A stretch of 64,000 nucleotides of DNA, taken from the IMG/VR virus record IMGVR_UViG_3300037418_000264, positions 4,297 to 68,296 of that record. The stretch is one strand, 5' to 3'. Of the stretch, positions 35,876 to 46,276 are shown piece by piece (within the stretch, counting starts at the first letter, position 1; the number at the start of each line of letters is the position of its first letter). A program made the position numbers and the translations under genes. Origin of the DNA: a virus. The notes beneath the pieces were generated by a model. The model was not told the DNA's origin, did not search any database, and worked only from the letters and a program-made list of their open reading frames with translations.

Positions 35876-37825
35876 TTACCTCTGTATTGGTGGTTGAGCC
35901 TGTTGCGGGCTAGGTGCAGCCTGTTGAGCCTTCAAAAATGCTTTGACATCAGAAACCCTATGGGTTGTACCATCTGGGCTCGCAACAATATTGTCATTAC
36001 CATTTTGGTCTTTATCTGGGATATTAGCCACATCAGCGGGATCATTGACAGCAATTGCTTTCTGACCATTCTGAAGTGTAATAAGATGAGACTGTGAAGT
36101 CGGGTCTTGACGATTGTACTTCTGAAGCTTTGCTAGGACACCGGTTAACTGCTTATCATTTCTGAGGGCAGCGTCGTCTGTAGTCTTGTAGGTATTTGGA
36201 TCAAGAGACGAATGGTTCAAACCATACATATCTTCACCCTTGTCGTTGACACGCTGCGTCATGTAACCACGGACTTCAGGCGACTTATCGAAGATTGCCT
36301 GTTGGTCGGAGTCAAGCTCTTTCTTAAGATTGAGCATAGTATCCGCCATACCTTGCTTGAACGTATCTGGGTTATTAAGCTCAGTGTGCTCACCATAAAT
36401 CTTAGAAATGAATTCACCGGAGGACATACCACCCGACTGTTTCATTGCCTTCATCATGTGGAGTGCGAAGTTATCACGGTTCAGATCGAACAAGGCAGCC
36501 TTAGTACCGAGGTCTTCTTGGGAACCAGAATGTAGGATTTTCTCCTGCTGCTGTTTGACCCAGCTAATACCGCCATCGATTGTACCATTACCACCAACAC
36601 CAAGGAACTTAGCAACGTTATCAGCCGTAACTGTGGCGTCTGCACCATACTGCTGCATCTTCTTGGCACCTTCAGAGGCCCAACGAGCGAGAACACCGTT
36701 CCCTCCGGGTGAGTCTAGGATATCCATCATGTTGTCAGCAGAACGCAGAGCTTCGTTGTACTCTGTCACACGATCCTGATGCTCTTTAAGAGCAGGAGCG
36801 ATAGCATGTTGAGCAGCGTTCAACTCTTTCTGAGCCTCGACACGATCTTGTACTTCGAAGGCCATTTGGTTTTCGACCTTCTTATTGCCAATTGCAGCAT
36901 CGTAACGAGTCTGTAGGTTCTTAATAAGAGTGCTGTCACCCTTAGCCTTTGCATCTGCCAGAGCAGTAGCGAGCTTCGGAAGTGTGTCGTACTGATCCAG
37001 TTTAGGGTCGATTACAGCACCCGGAGTGAAGTTAATACCCTTCGTACTGACCTGTGTTGGCATAACAGGGGCGCCAATGACATTCTCAATCTGCGAAGGA
37101 TCGACACCAGCAGCAGCCCCAATACGCTGATTAGCCATATTGACATTTCTCTGGTACTGTCCCTGACGAAGATTATCAAAAAATCCACGGATACCGCCCT
37201 GAGGCTGAGGTTGACCCATCTGATCCTGAGTACCACCGAATTGTTGGTCGGGAGACTGAGGCTGTTGAGGACCGACATTGCCGGGTGGTGTAGGATGTTG
37301 ACCTACGGCAGGGGCCATATTACCGAGTAGTTTAGGATGAGCACCAGCACCTTGACCTTGTGGTCCTGCGTTCTGTTGGGCTGTACCTTGTGGCTGACCA
37401 TTCATCATTCCAGCGGGTGAACTGCCTGCCTGATCGTTACTCTGGCCTCCAAAAGCCTGATTACTCTGGCCGTATATATCGCCATATTTAGGCATCTGTG
37501 GCTGTTGGTAAGCATTCTTATCAATGGTAAAATTACCACGAACTAGGTTATCCCGGATCGTTGCATCGTCGAGACCAGCCTTCTTCCATGCATAGACCTG
37601 AGGCCACGCTTCAGGAGGAATAGCCCCACCGACACTCTGAATAAGAGCCTGTGAGTCATTGGCATCCTTGACGTCTTGTGCCTTCTGTTGTATCAACTGT
37701 TGACGCTTATCCATAAATAATTGGTAAGACATCTTGAATTGATCTTCACGCATCTGAGCCTGTTGGGCCTGAGCGGCATTGAAGGACTGAGCAAAACTCT
37801 CACCGAAACCTTCTGCGAAACTCAT
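35876..37825 (-). CDS. internal virion protein, putative
   Basis: MSFAEGFGESF start; Gln/Gly-rich; position in the arm. Confidence 0.62.
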   Translation of the reverse strand: MSFAEGFGESFAQSFNAAQAQQAQMREDQFKMSYQLFMDKRQQLIQQKAQDVKDANDSQALIQSVGGAIPPEAWPQVYAWKKAGLDDATIRDNLVRGNFTIDKNAYQQPQMPKYGDIYGQSNQAFGGQSNDQAGSSPAGMMNGQPQGTAQQNAGPQGQGAGAHPKLLGNMAPAVGQHPTPPGNVGPQQPQSPDQQFGGTQDQMGQPQPQGGIRGFFDNLRQGQYQRNVNMANQRIGAAAGVDPSQIENVIGAPVMPTQVSTKGINFTPGAVIDPKLDQYDTLPKLATALADAKAKGDSTLIKNLQTRYDAAIGNKKVENQMAFEVQDRVEAQKELNAAQHAIAPALKEHQDRVTEYNEALRSADNMMDILDSPGGNGVLARWASEGAKKMQQYGADATVTADNVAKFLGVGGNGTIDGGISWVKQQQEKILHSGSQEDLGTKAALFDLNRDNFALHMMKAMKQSGGMSSGEFISKIYGEHTELNNPDTFKQGMADTMLNLKKELDSDQQAIFDKSPEVRGYMTQRVNDKGEDMYGLNHSSLDPNTYKTTDDAALRNDKQLTGVLAKLQKYNRQDPTSQSHLITLQNGQKAIAVNDPADVANIPDKDQNGNDNIVASPDGTTHRVSDVKAFLKAQQAAPSPQQAQPPIQR

Positions 37826-37835
37826 GTGTTATTCC

Positions 37836-38486
37836 TTACTGTCCGAAAAGGTTGCCTTGTGGAGCCGGTGTAGGTGCGATTGATGGAGCGGGACCTAACT
37901 GTGGGGGTGTAGGATTAGGTGGAAGACTTGGACCACCAGCAGCCATACCTCCTAAACCAGTCTTAGGAAGACCGGAGGAAGGAGGGGTTTCTGGGGCTGC
38001 GTGACCTTCAGCCTGTTGTTCGATGGCTTGGAGGTTGACGTTAAACAACGCCTTACGAGACTCTTTGAAATTGACCTTTTTCATGGCCTTGATATAAGAA
38101 CTCGTAGGAACTGTACCGGGTTCATTGTAACCCATGTCGATACTCTTGACACCATAGCCTTCACCCATCAGATAGATAATATGGGCAACTGGACCGGCCA
38201 GAAGAAGTGCAAAATCGACTGTCCATTTACCTGTTTGAATGCCTTTCATCAAAAGCATGTCGGTAATAGCGCAGACAGTCGTACCCATTTCGAGCATAGT
38301 AATGATACCGACACTGATCTCTTTAGACAGCATTTTCTTGTAGATGTCTTCAAGAGCCTGATCGAGATTGTTATGCTGTGGGGGGCGATGCCAAGGAAAG
38401 TTCCTAGTATCTCTAAGAAACTCAGCACCGGGAATTTCTCCTCGAAGAACACCTTTACCAGACTTAGGACCACTACTCGGCTGCAT
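37836..38486 (-). CDS. conserved-type phage protein (virion-associated, putative)
   Basis: IPG...T...PW.RPP and G...G.WT.D..LL.A motifs; Pro-rich tail. Confidence 0.6.
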   Translation of the reverse strand: MQPSSGPKSGKGVLRGEIPGAEFLRDTRNFPWHRPPQHNNLDQALEDIYKKMLSKEISVGIITMLEMGTTVCAITDMLLMKGIQTGKWTVDFALLLAGPVAHIIYLMGEGYGVKSIDMGYNEPGTVPTSSYIKAMKKVNFKESRKALFNVNLQAIEQQAEGHAAPETPPSSGLPKTGLGGMAAGGPSLPPNPTPPQLGPAPSIAPTPAPQGNLFGQ

Positions 38487-38661
38487 CTTGATCCTCCTGA
38501 TCTACGTAAGGCTCGATGCCGAACGATTTACCCATCTTGTCAAAGTACTTTTTTGTATACTTCGCCTTCTTGCCGCTGCCTTGCGTTTTAAATAACTGCT
38601 CAGGCTGTTGTCCATTGAAGTAGGCTTTTACTGACGCACGTAGAGCTTGTGAGAAATCCAT
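38473..38661 (-). CDS. small hypothetical protein
   Basis: Packed ORF in the structural arm. Confidence 0.55.
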   Translation of the reverse strand: MDFSQALRASVKAYFNGQQPEQLFKTQGSGKKAKYTKKYFDKMGKSFGIEPYVDQEDQDAAE

Positions 38662-38672
38662 TTATTAAACCC

Positions 38673-40307
38673 TTAAAATAGGTGACCTACGATTGCACCA
38701 GCGATAGAACCTAGAACATCACCAATACCCTTAGTCGTAGCAGCTTGCTGCGCACCGTGGTTTTGTAGTGAAATCTGGGCCAATTTGTTGTCACGATCCA
38801 ACTGATTTTCAGCACTTGTCCAAGTGTCTTGAAGAAGGGCGTCTGATCTAGTCCAAATCTGGTTTAGTGCTTCCTGTTGAATACCAACGAGGTTTTTGAC
38901 ATCTGCGGCAGCTGCTTGGAACTGTTGGTCAGAGTTTGCCTGAGTGACAGTCTGACGCCATTTAGCATTTGAGACGTCAACGTTATACGCCATATTACTG
39001 TAGAATTGCTGACGGTTATTTTCTAGGTCAGCATTGAAACGATCTTGTGCGTTAGCCTCAGTCGTATTGAACTGCTGCATCTGGTTATACTGGGATGCAT
39101 TGTACTGAGAAATCGAAGCGGAAAGATTGTCATAGAATTTGTTCATGTCGTTAGTGCTAGTGGCCGTAAAGAGCCTCTGGGCATTAACAGCATTTTGATC
39201 TTGTAGGAGACTCTGGACTTTATCCTGAGTATTAATTATCTCGGCCTGCTGCTCATTGCTGAGGTTAGCAAGGTCCAAATCCATGAAGTTTTTACTGTTT
39301 TGAATGGCTGCTGCCATCCTGTTATCAGCGTTTACTTCATCCATCTTTGACAGAACATTGGCCCGATTGATGACCGATGCCTGTTGGTTTGAAAGGTTCT
39401 GGAGGGTCAGAGTCTGAAAGAATTGAGCATCTGACTGAGCAATAGGAATGGAAGCTTCCAGCAATGCTTGAGACATTGCAGCCGTCGCGGCTGTGCCCGT
39501 CATGCCTGTAAAAGCAGCAATCTTTGCTACTGAACGAGCTGTTGCAGATGCCCACGCAGGGATGACTGCCTCACCATTTGGACCCTGAAACTGTGACTGT
39601 AACGCAGCAATTTGGCCCGCTACAGTGGCTTTAGGATCAACTGTATTGAGGTCTTGAGAGGCAAAGTCTTTAAGGGCTTGACCAGTATAGTTGATACTAC
39701 CGTCGGCATTAGTACCAGTGGCTTCACCCTGCATATCGATCGTACCTGAATTAGGTTGAACGATAGCATTGGGGTCCATAGTACCCTGAGCAGCAGTAGC
39801 CTGAGGTACGTTGCCCTGTGTAGTCTGAGCATTATATGTAGCAGCCTGACGAGGATCAACCTGTTGTGCTGTCTGTAGTTGAGCCTGATTTGTCTGTGCG
39901 TTATCCGCCGAAGGTTCACCATTATAAGCAGCCTTAGTACCGTCGATATTGGTTCCGGCAGCATTAGGATCAATCGGTGCTAGATTTTTGGAAAGCGTCT
40001 CTTGGTTAGTCAGTGCCAAAGAAGGATCAGTAGCAACCTGACCGGAATAGTCAGCGACGTTAATCGTATTTGCTGTGGTAGTCTTACCGGGGGTTACCTG
40101 TGGGGAGGCATCGGTAGTAGCACCTGTGCCAGTAGCAGTTGTAGTGGTGGTAGGCGTCGAAGAAGTAGAGGTACCCGTGTTACTGGATGAAGGTTGTGAC
40201 CCACCAGTAGTGCTCGTAGAACTGGTGTTAGAACCAGTCGTAGTACCGGTTGAGCCTCCGGAAGAACCGCCAGTAACACTAGTTAGAAGTGGGTTTAGAT
40301 CGGTCAT
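38673..40307 (-). CDS. internal virion protein, putative
   Basis: Ser/Thr-rich N-terminus, Gln/Asn/Ala-rich repeats and hydrophobic C-terminal GIGDVLGSIAGAIVGHLF. Confidence 0.62.
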   Translation of the reverse strand: MTDLNPLLTSVTGGSSGGSTGTTTGSNTSSTSTTGGSQPSSSNTGTSTSSTPTTTTTATGTGATTDASPQVTPGKTTTANTINVADYSGQVATDPSLALTNQETLSKNLAPIDPNAAGTNIDGTKAAYNGEPSADNAQTNQAQLQTAQQVDPRQAATYNAQTTQGNVPQATAAQGTMDPNAIVQPNSGTIDMQGEATGTNADGSINYTGQALKDFASQDLNTVDPKATVAGQIAALQSQFQGPNGEAVIPAWASATARSVAKIAAFTGMTGTAATAAMSQALLEASIPIAQSDAQFFQTLTLQNLSNQQASVINRANVLSKMDEVNADNRMAAAIQNSKNFMDLDLANLSNEQQAEIINTQDKVQSLLQDQNAVNAQRLFTATSTNDMNKFYDNLSASISQYNASQYNQMQQFNTTEANAQDRFNADLENNRQQFYSNMAYNVDVSNAKWRQTVTQANSDQQFQAAAADVKNLVGIQQEALNQIWTRSDALLQDTWTSAENQLDRDNKLAQISLQNHGAQQAATTKGIGDVLGSIAGAIVGHLF

Positions 40308-40315
40308 TCTTCACC

Positions 40316-40525
40316 TTATTTAAAAAACCCTAAGTGGATTTTATCCCAGAGGGCAATGAAACCAACAATACTTCCACCAATGACCCATATCCAAGATGCC
40401 TTGATCTTACCTGTGTAAGTCTTAAAAGCTTCCCGCTCTTTGAGTATTTCTTTTAGTATTAAATATTGTGCGCGTGGTAACTTGATTGTAATAAGTTCGT
40501 CTTCTTCGAAATCTTCATCACTCAT
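40316..40525 (-). CDS. small membrane protein (lysis cassette, putative)
   Basis: Single C-terminal transmembrane helix. Confidence 0.55.
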   Translation of the reverse strand: MSDEDFEEDELITIKLPRAQYLILKEILKEREAFKTYTGKIKASWIWVIGGSIVGFIALWDKIHLGFFK

Positions 40526-40899
40526 TTTCTTAATATCCTTGCCGTACCACGCACTGTGGTATCTACGAAATAACCACCAATGACAATCCACATCAGTTGA
40601 TTGAGGTCAGAAGACAAACCGTCGGTCGCACCCCAATGGAGAACTTTGTCCCAAAGGACGAGTTTGTTTATATAAATGACAAAAGGCAGAGCAAAACCGA
40701 CACGAACCCATCGTTCAATAGGGTCTGACTGTGCTGCCAAAATGGAAGACTTTCGAGCTTCCAAGATAGATATACGTTCATCAGCAGCTATCCTTTCCGC
40801 ATCATTTGTCGCCGCCAACTTAGCTTGATACGCGGCTGTCAAATCATGAGAGATAGACGTCAAAGGTCCTGATACCAAGCTAAGAAGGAGGCTTAACAT
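40522..40899 (-). CDS. holin-like membrane protein
   Basis: Amphipathic N-terminus plus two hydrophobic segments (WVRVGFALPFVIY, LMWIVIGGYF). Confidence 0.6.
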   Translation of the reverse strand: MLSLLLSLVSGPLTSISHDLTAAYQAKLAATNDAERIAADERISILEARKSSILAAQSDPIERWVRVGFALPFVIYINKLVLWDKVLHWGATDGLSSDLNQLMWIVIGGYFVDTTVRGTARILRK

Positions 40900-40900
40900 A

Positions 40901-41173
40901 TTAGGCTGCCGGTGCTGGTTCGACCGTTGCGTGTGCAGCAACGAGTTTTGCAGTCAGATCGGCAACCTGAGTTTCAGCAGCGGCTAGGTCAGCCTGTGCC
41001 TGAGCAAGTGCAGCCTTAGTGGCGTCTGCATCTGCGAGTTCGGTTGCAGTGGCCGCAAGTTTGTCAGAAGCAGCCTTAAGATCGGCTACAATGACGTCAA
41101 CAGCGGCAGAAAGATTAGTAAAATCTACCAATTTTTTGTTCCTCTTGAAGAAGTTAATTAGTCTTTGGAGCAT
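40901..41173 (-). CDS. Ala-rich coiled-coil protein (start uncertain)
   Basis: Heptad-like Ala/Leu pattern within the lysis cassette. Confidence 0.55.
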   Translation of the reverse strand: MLQRLINFFKRNKKLVDFTNLSAAVDVIVADLKAASDKLAATATELADADATKAALAQAQADLAAAETQVADLTAKLVAAHATVEPAPAA

Positions 41174-41402
41174 TAGTATTCACCGTTGCTTCCACTTCGG
41201 CCTTGATCTGGTGGTACTTAGTGTCCAACCAGTACCAAGCTTCGGTTCCACTAGCAATTAGAAGACCAAGTCCGGCTTCTAGTGCCATCTGGATATCTGG
41301 GTCAGTGCTAAAGGTACTGGCGTCACCCGAGCCGATAAGACCACGAGTCACTAGGATACCAGCACCATAGCGAAGTATAATTCGTGCGATTACTGAGAGC
41401 AT
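41154..41402 (-). CDS. small holin-like protein
   Basis: Two hydrophobic helices, RIILRYGAG.LV..G and TEAWY; adjacent to the endolysin. Confidence 0.62.
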   Translation of the reverse strand: MLSVIARIILRYGAGILVTRGLIGSGDASTFSTDPDIQMALEAGLGLLIASGTEAWYWLDTKYHQIKAEVEATVNTNAPKTN

Positions 41403-41534
41403 TTAATTGTTCCACTTTGTGGGATCGTAGCTACTACCAGCAGTATTGTCACTAGGGTAGTCACCAAAATCCTTTAGATTGTCTTTATGGAGCACCCGCT
41501 CCTGTGATATTAACAGAGTCTTTAATGCCCATAT

Positions 41535-42194
41535 TTATTGTCCGTATTTGGCTTTTATAAACCATTTGATTGCATTTGCCACGATAGAGAGCCACGATGT
41601 AGAAACGGGTACAGGAGGCTCTATAGGGGCAACAGTAGTTACTAGCACTGTGGATGCCGGAGAAGGTTGAACAGGCTGTGGGGTAGGTGTAGGGCTTGCT
41701 GCGGGGCTATCCACCCCGTAACCTATATCGAGTAGGAGTTTTTCGTAGGTCTCCGCGTATCCAGCAATTAGTGCAGCCTTATCCATACCGTTAATCTCTC
41801 TACGAGAGTCCAGATAGTCGGAGCCTTGAAGTGTCTCATAGTCAGACAACTTCTTACCAGTAAACCAACCTTCGAGCATACCAATTACAAGAATTGGTGC
41901 AGCATATTGTGGTTGTAGGAGAAGGCTTGGTTGAGAAATGAAGTCAACACCCAATTTAGCTCCGGCCTTTTTATAGTTGTAATCCCACGTCAACTGGACG
42001 TAACCACGTCCATAATAAGGATAGTATTCCTTAGACTTCAGGTATGTAGGACCACCCATTTCAGAGATTGGTTTCATCGTGTGGGCTGTTTCATGGTATG
42101 CCGTCGCTAGGACGTAAGCCACCTGATTTCGTAGAAGACCGTGGCTTTTACAAGTATCGATAATTAGTTTAGTATCACCTAGATTTAGGTCCAT
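41535..42194 (-). CDS. endolysin (GH19/lysozyme-like)
   Basis: AYVLATAYHET, YYGRGYVQLT..YNY and RREING motifs; Pro-rich linker and amphipathic C-terminus. Confidence 0.85.
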   Translation of the reverse strand: MDLNLGDTKLIIDTCKSHGLLRNQVAYVLATAYHETAHTMKPISEMGGPTYLKSKEYYPYYGRGYVQLTWDYNYKKAGAKLGVDFISQPSLLLQPQYAAPILVIGMLEGWFTGKKLSDYETLQGSDYLDSRREINGMDKAALIAGYAETYEKLLLDIGYGVDSPAASPTPTPQPVQPSPASTVLVTTVAPIEPPVPVSTSWLSIVANAIKWFIKAKYGQ

Positions 42195-42202
42195 TTTTCA
42201 CC

Positions 42203-42877
42203 TTAAGAAGGACTGAATGATGCGACCGTTCCAGCAGACCAGCCGTTATTTGTGCTAGTACCACCGACAGTCACTGCGTAAGAACCACTGGCAGACATCG
42301 GGAAGTCCCATGCGACACTTACGTCGTGTGAGCCTATTAGAGTCGCATCTGGAATGCGTTCAGTCAATGTGGACCAGCCAATAGAACTAGAACCCAATGA
42401 GCTATTCTGGACTACACCTAAAGTCAGTCCCTTAGCTGGAATTGCAATATTTGGAGAAGGACTGCCTGAACCTAACGAGGTGTCTGATGCAAATGCCGAC
42501 CCCATGTTGTACCCACTGACACTCAAGACATAAAAACTACCCTGATTGCTCGTTCCTGTGCCGCTTAACGTTACAGTACCTGAAGTTCCTGTTGGCTGGC
42601 CGACGAAAATTGCAACACCTGTCGCATGTGTCGTTCCATCACCAGTCGATGTTCTACTAATAATAGTAGCCGGAGAACCACTAATTGTAGCAGCGAAAGT
42701 TCCTGTATAAGTAAAAGTCGAGTCACCACCGAGACCTATGACTACGATCCACCGTCCCGGAAATGCAGGACCATAGTTCGCAGTTGCGGACAGCGATGTA
42801 CTTGTGTGGACAAGAGTTACACCGGGTGGGGGTTTGGATAATGCCGAGAGTATACAACCAGTCATTCCGGGTAGCAT
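42203..42877 (-). CDS. tail fibre-associated or receptor-binding protein, putative
   Basis: Gly/Ser/Thr-rich beta protein immediately downstream of a fibre gene. Confidence 0.55.
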   Translation of the reverse strand: MLPGMTGCILSALSKPPPGVTLVHTSTSLSATANYGPAFPGRWIVVIGLGGDSTFTYTGTFAATISGSPATIISRTSTGDGTTHATGVAIFVGQPTGTSGTVTLSGTGTSNQGSFYVLSVSGYNMGSAFASDTSLGSGSPSPNIAIPAKGLTLGVVQNSSLGSSSIGWSTLTERIPDATLIGSHDVSVAWDFPMSASGSYAVTVGGTSTNNGWSAGTVASFSPS

Positions 42878-44583
42878 TAACCGACTCCGTTTACTAGTGA
42901 ACCGAAGATAAAGGTTGAACTGATTACTTGGTAGAACAGGAGGTCAGTGGCGTTTGCAGTAGTCGTCAATGTCGGGGCTGTTGCAGAAGCAAACTTCCAG
43001 TTCGTCCCAAAAGCAATAGTCCTAGAACCAGTAGCATCCTGCACAAGCCTGATGACACCGGTCTGGCCTACTTTAGGGTTAGTAGGGTTAGCGAGTGTCA
43101 GGTTACCAGTCAGCGTGATCACCGTGTTGAGAAATGTACTCATGTCCAAAGCGACTGAAGCAGCGTAAGTCGTAGTTACTTCAGCAGCAGATGCCCATGT
43201 CTGGTCTACAACAAGTGCTTTAGTCGTGTCAGTGCCCGTCCTAAAGACGGCAGCGGTAGCGAACTGTGAGACACCGATATAAGAAGTCGTGGCCTGTTGC
43301 TTCAGAGCATCGAAGGCAGCTAGAGCAGTCGTTTGACCAGTACCACCACCAGCAATGCTGATTGTGCCGACACTAGAAATTAACTGTATAGTACTACCGT
43401 TGATCTGTGCGAAGACCCCACTAGTTGTCGTCCATACGTCACCGTTGACAGGTGAGGAAGGCGCAGCACCATGCGGAAGTCTGAAGTTTGCACTTCCAGA
43501 GGCAGAAGCAGTAGTCAGGATTTTGCCTGAAGTACTAGTCAGTGCTGTAAACGTACCCGCCGCAGGAGTCGTCCCACCTATGACCATACCATCTATAGTA
43601 CCACCTGTAAGTGTGGCAGACGCTGTAGTGAGGCTGCTTAGTGTAGCGAGACCAGTTGACTGAAGTGTAGTGAACTTACCAGCGACGGCAGTCGTACCAC
43701 CAATAACCATGTTATCAATCGTACCACCGGTTCCCGTAATAGAGTTGCTAGTGATACCACCAGAAGTCCAAGTTCCTGAGAACGAACCGCTATAAGTCCC
43801 GCTTGTGAACGTACCACTACTAAAGGTACCACCTGTTACCGTCTTGCCTGAGAATGTCAGACTAGAAGGAAGACTAAGTGAAGGATTAGCAGCGACACCA
43901 TCACCATTAGTAACTGTGATTTCATTAGCAGTGCCAGTGATTGTACGACCAACAAAAGTGTTAGTAGCGGTTTGAGTAAGAAGACCATTACTGTTGTAGC
44001 TAGAGAAAGCCGCAAGAGTCGACGAATAAGCTTGGACATTGGTACCGGGCACCAGAGCTAGAGTGGTCTGCATCGCTGCCGTTGTACTACCCGCGACGAG
44101 GGATTGTGCGAGAGCAGTAAATGAAATCATCGAGAAGGTAGAGACACCAGTCGCCAAAATAATCTGGTTAGCAGCAGTCGTCAGGGCACCAATGGCAGTG
44201 TCGTTAGCCGAGTACTTACCCATACGAACCCAGACAGCATTACCTGTCGTTGCACTCATACAGACATACTGGATGTTGTTAGTTGTGTCGAACCACCAAG
44301 AACCTACGGCGTAACTCTGTGTCGTGTCTGAGTTGACCGTAGGAGCGGTCGTCGCAGAGGTATTATGTATACCAGCAACACCACCATTCGCCACTGGGAG
44401 AATGCCAGTAATACTGGTCGTAAGAATAATCTTAGGACCATTACCGACGTTCCCGTCATGGACGTGTCCAGAACTGCCGTTAAAAGCAGACTGAAGTTGG
44501 TTATACTCGTTGTTGATATCAACAGCTTGGACAATGGCCCCATTGACAATGTTGGCAGCGGATTGTCTTGTGTAACCAGTCAT
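42877..44583 (-). CDS. tail fibre protein
   Basis: MTGYTRQS...NNEYNQL..AF....GH.HDG anchor-type N-terminus; Gly/Thr repeats; C-terminal beta domain. Confidence 0.8.
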   Translation of the reverse strand: MTGYTRQSAANIVNGAIVQAVDINNEYNQLQSAFNGSSGHVHDGNVGNGPKIILTTSITGILPVANGGVAGIHNTSATTAPTVNSDTTQSYAVGSWWFDTTNNIQYVCMSATTGNAVWVRMGKYSANDTAIGALTTAANQIILATGVSTFSMISFTALAQSLVAGSTTAAMQTTLALVPGTNVQAYSSTLAAFSSYNSNGLLTQTATNTFVGRTITGTANEITVTNGDGVAANPSLSLPSSLTFSGKTVTGGTFSSGTFTSGTYSGSFSGTWTSGGITSNSITGTGGTIDNMVIGGTTAVAGKFTTLQSTGLATLSSLTTASATLTGGTIDGMVIGGTTPAAGTFTALTSTSGKILTTASASGSANFRLPHGAAPSSPVNGDVWTTTSGVFAQINGSTIQLISSVGTISIAGGGTGQTTALAAFDALKQQATTSYIGVSQFATAAVFRTGTDTTKALVVDQTWASAAEVTTTYAASVALDMSTFLNTVITLTGNLTLANPTNPKVGQTGVIRLVQDATGSRTIAFGTNWKFASATAPTLTTTANATDLLFYQVISSTFIFGSLVNGVG

Positions 44584-44595
44584 TAATTGGTTCCT

Positions 44596-46230
44596 TTATT
44601 TACGACCGTCCACTGCAAAATTGACAGCGACTGCTTGGATAGAATAGGGTGAACTGACATCAGATGTACTGAATGTGAATTTTTGTGAGAATCCACTACC
44701 CTCTAAATTAGTAAAGGTAATGGGGAGAGGTGCGACTGCGTAAGTGTCTGTACCGTAAACCGCCGTACCGTAGACAGCACCTGATAGATTGTCTGCGAGA
44801 GCGTATGTACTAGGGTTGAAGACGTCTGATCTGTCCCAGTCATATTGGAGAGCTACGTTTAACTGTAGATTGCCTTCTGCGAAGACAAAGACATTGGCCT
44901 TATGGAGTGTCTTACGGACAAATACATCACCGTAGTCTAGGTAAGGTGTGCTGTAGATGGCTGTAATATTCGAACCATTAAAACTATTACCCGACTCCTG
45001 TCTGTAGACGACACCATCGAAGTCTCCGTGAAGGACATATTCTTGTGGACCGATGTAACCTGAAGCCGTACAAGAAGTTCTAATTCCCTGTAAGAGACCC
45101 CATTCCCATACGAAACCGTTGTTATTACCCCAGTAACTGTTCTGGTCTGCCTTACCTCTAAAGCCGCCGATGATACCAGTATTGACGTCCGATGTAACGT
45201 TAGGGTTAGAGAAGAAACAACGTACTTGAGACTTCCTACGTATGACAACACAGTTGACTGAGTTCAAATCGACACCAGACAAAATCTGATTAGTGACATC
45301 AAACTGAATGGCCTTACTCTGAGAAGCCAATTCGACATCACCAATACGATCAGTACCGGCGACGTTTCTAAAGCCGTCTTCTGCGAGATATAAGAGGTCA
45401 CCGTTGATTTCTACGACTGAGTCTGGGCATAGACACCCGACTTCTGTAGCTACATCGTTGATGACAAAGTTAGTTCCTGAAACAGAAATCTTCTTAATTC
45501 GTGTTTTACCGAAGACGAAGAGGTCTTCACGAAATGGTTTGATTGCTACGACATCCATTCCTGCATTTATCTGTCCAGCACCGGATGCAGCGGTCCAATC
45601 GTAGTCAGAGTTAGGAGCAGAGTAAGCAACGATCTGAGGGTTAGTAGGATCACCAGCCACAAAGATACTTTGCTTGAACATGGTGACGTACTTAGGTGAC
45701 GTCAGAGCCTGATTACCACCCGCCTGAGCGAAAGAACCTCCTGTGTGGGCTGATGTAACCGCTGCGAAGTTTGTCTGATCCCACAGTGTAGGTGGATTGA
45801 TACCATCTACCATGATCATATGGGCAGTACCGTTAAAATTATACCAAGCGAAGCGGCATTTATCGATATTTACGGTGGTAAGTGTAAGTCCTGTAGTAAA
45901 CTTGGACCAAGCACCTCCTGAAACCCATTTATAGATCGAATAAGTAGTTCCCGGATTGTCTTGACGTGTGGCAATGATTGTCGAACCGTTGAAAATAGTG
46001 ACACCAAGAACTTTGCCCTGTGCACCTGTACCACCTACAGCAGGATTTGATGGTTCTAACTGAGAATAACCATTAATTCGACGGTATCCACCATACAAAG
46101 AGGGTTCGAAATTGACTAGAGTGGTCGCCATACCGGGTTTAGTATCTGCGAGATACACCACATTTTGGTTGGAGTTCAGACCTCCTTCACAGACGACCTT
46201 ATAAGTCTGAAGTTTCTCCATTTGAGGCAT
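44596..46230 (-). CDS. tail nozzle / tubular protein B-like
   Basis: CEGGL...NFEPSL.GGYRRINGY; propeller-like composition; follows the adaptor gene. Confidence 0.72.
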   Translation of the reverse strand: MPQMEKLQTYKVVCEGGLNSNQNVVYLADTKPGMATTLVNFEPSLYGGYRRINGYSQLEPSNPAVGGTGAQGKVLGVTIFNGSTIIATRQDNPGTTYSIYKWVSGGAWSKFTTGLTLTTVNIDKCRFAWYNFNGTAHMIMVDGINPPTLWDQTNFAAVTSAHTGGSFAQAGGNQALTSPKYVTMFKQSIFVAGDPTNPQIVAYSAPNSDYDWTAASGAGQINAGMDVVAIKPFREDLFVFGKTRIKKISVSGTNFVINDVATEVGCLCPDSVVEINGDLLYLAEDGFRNVAGTDRIGDVELASQSKAIQFDVTNQILSGVDLNSVNCVVIRRKSQVRCFFSNPNVTSDVNTGIIGGFRGKADQNSYWGNNNGFVWEWGLLQGIRTSCTASGYIGPQEYVLHGDFDGVVYRQESGNSFNGSNITAIYSTPYLDYGDVFVRKTLHKANVFVFAEGNLQLNVALQYDWDRSDVFNPSTYALADNLSGAVYGTAVYGTDTYAVAPLPITFTNLEGSGFSQKFTFSTSDVSSPYSIQAVAVNFAVDGRK

Positions 46231-46276
46231 TCGTCAATTCTCCGAATTGCTTGATTGATCTTCGATCATGAAAGGG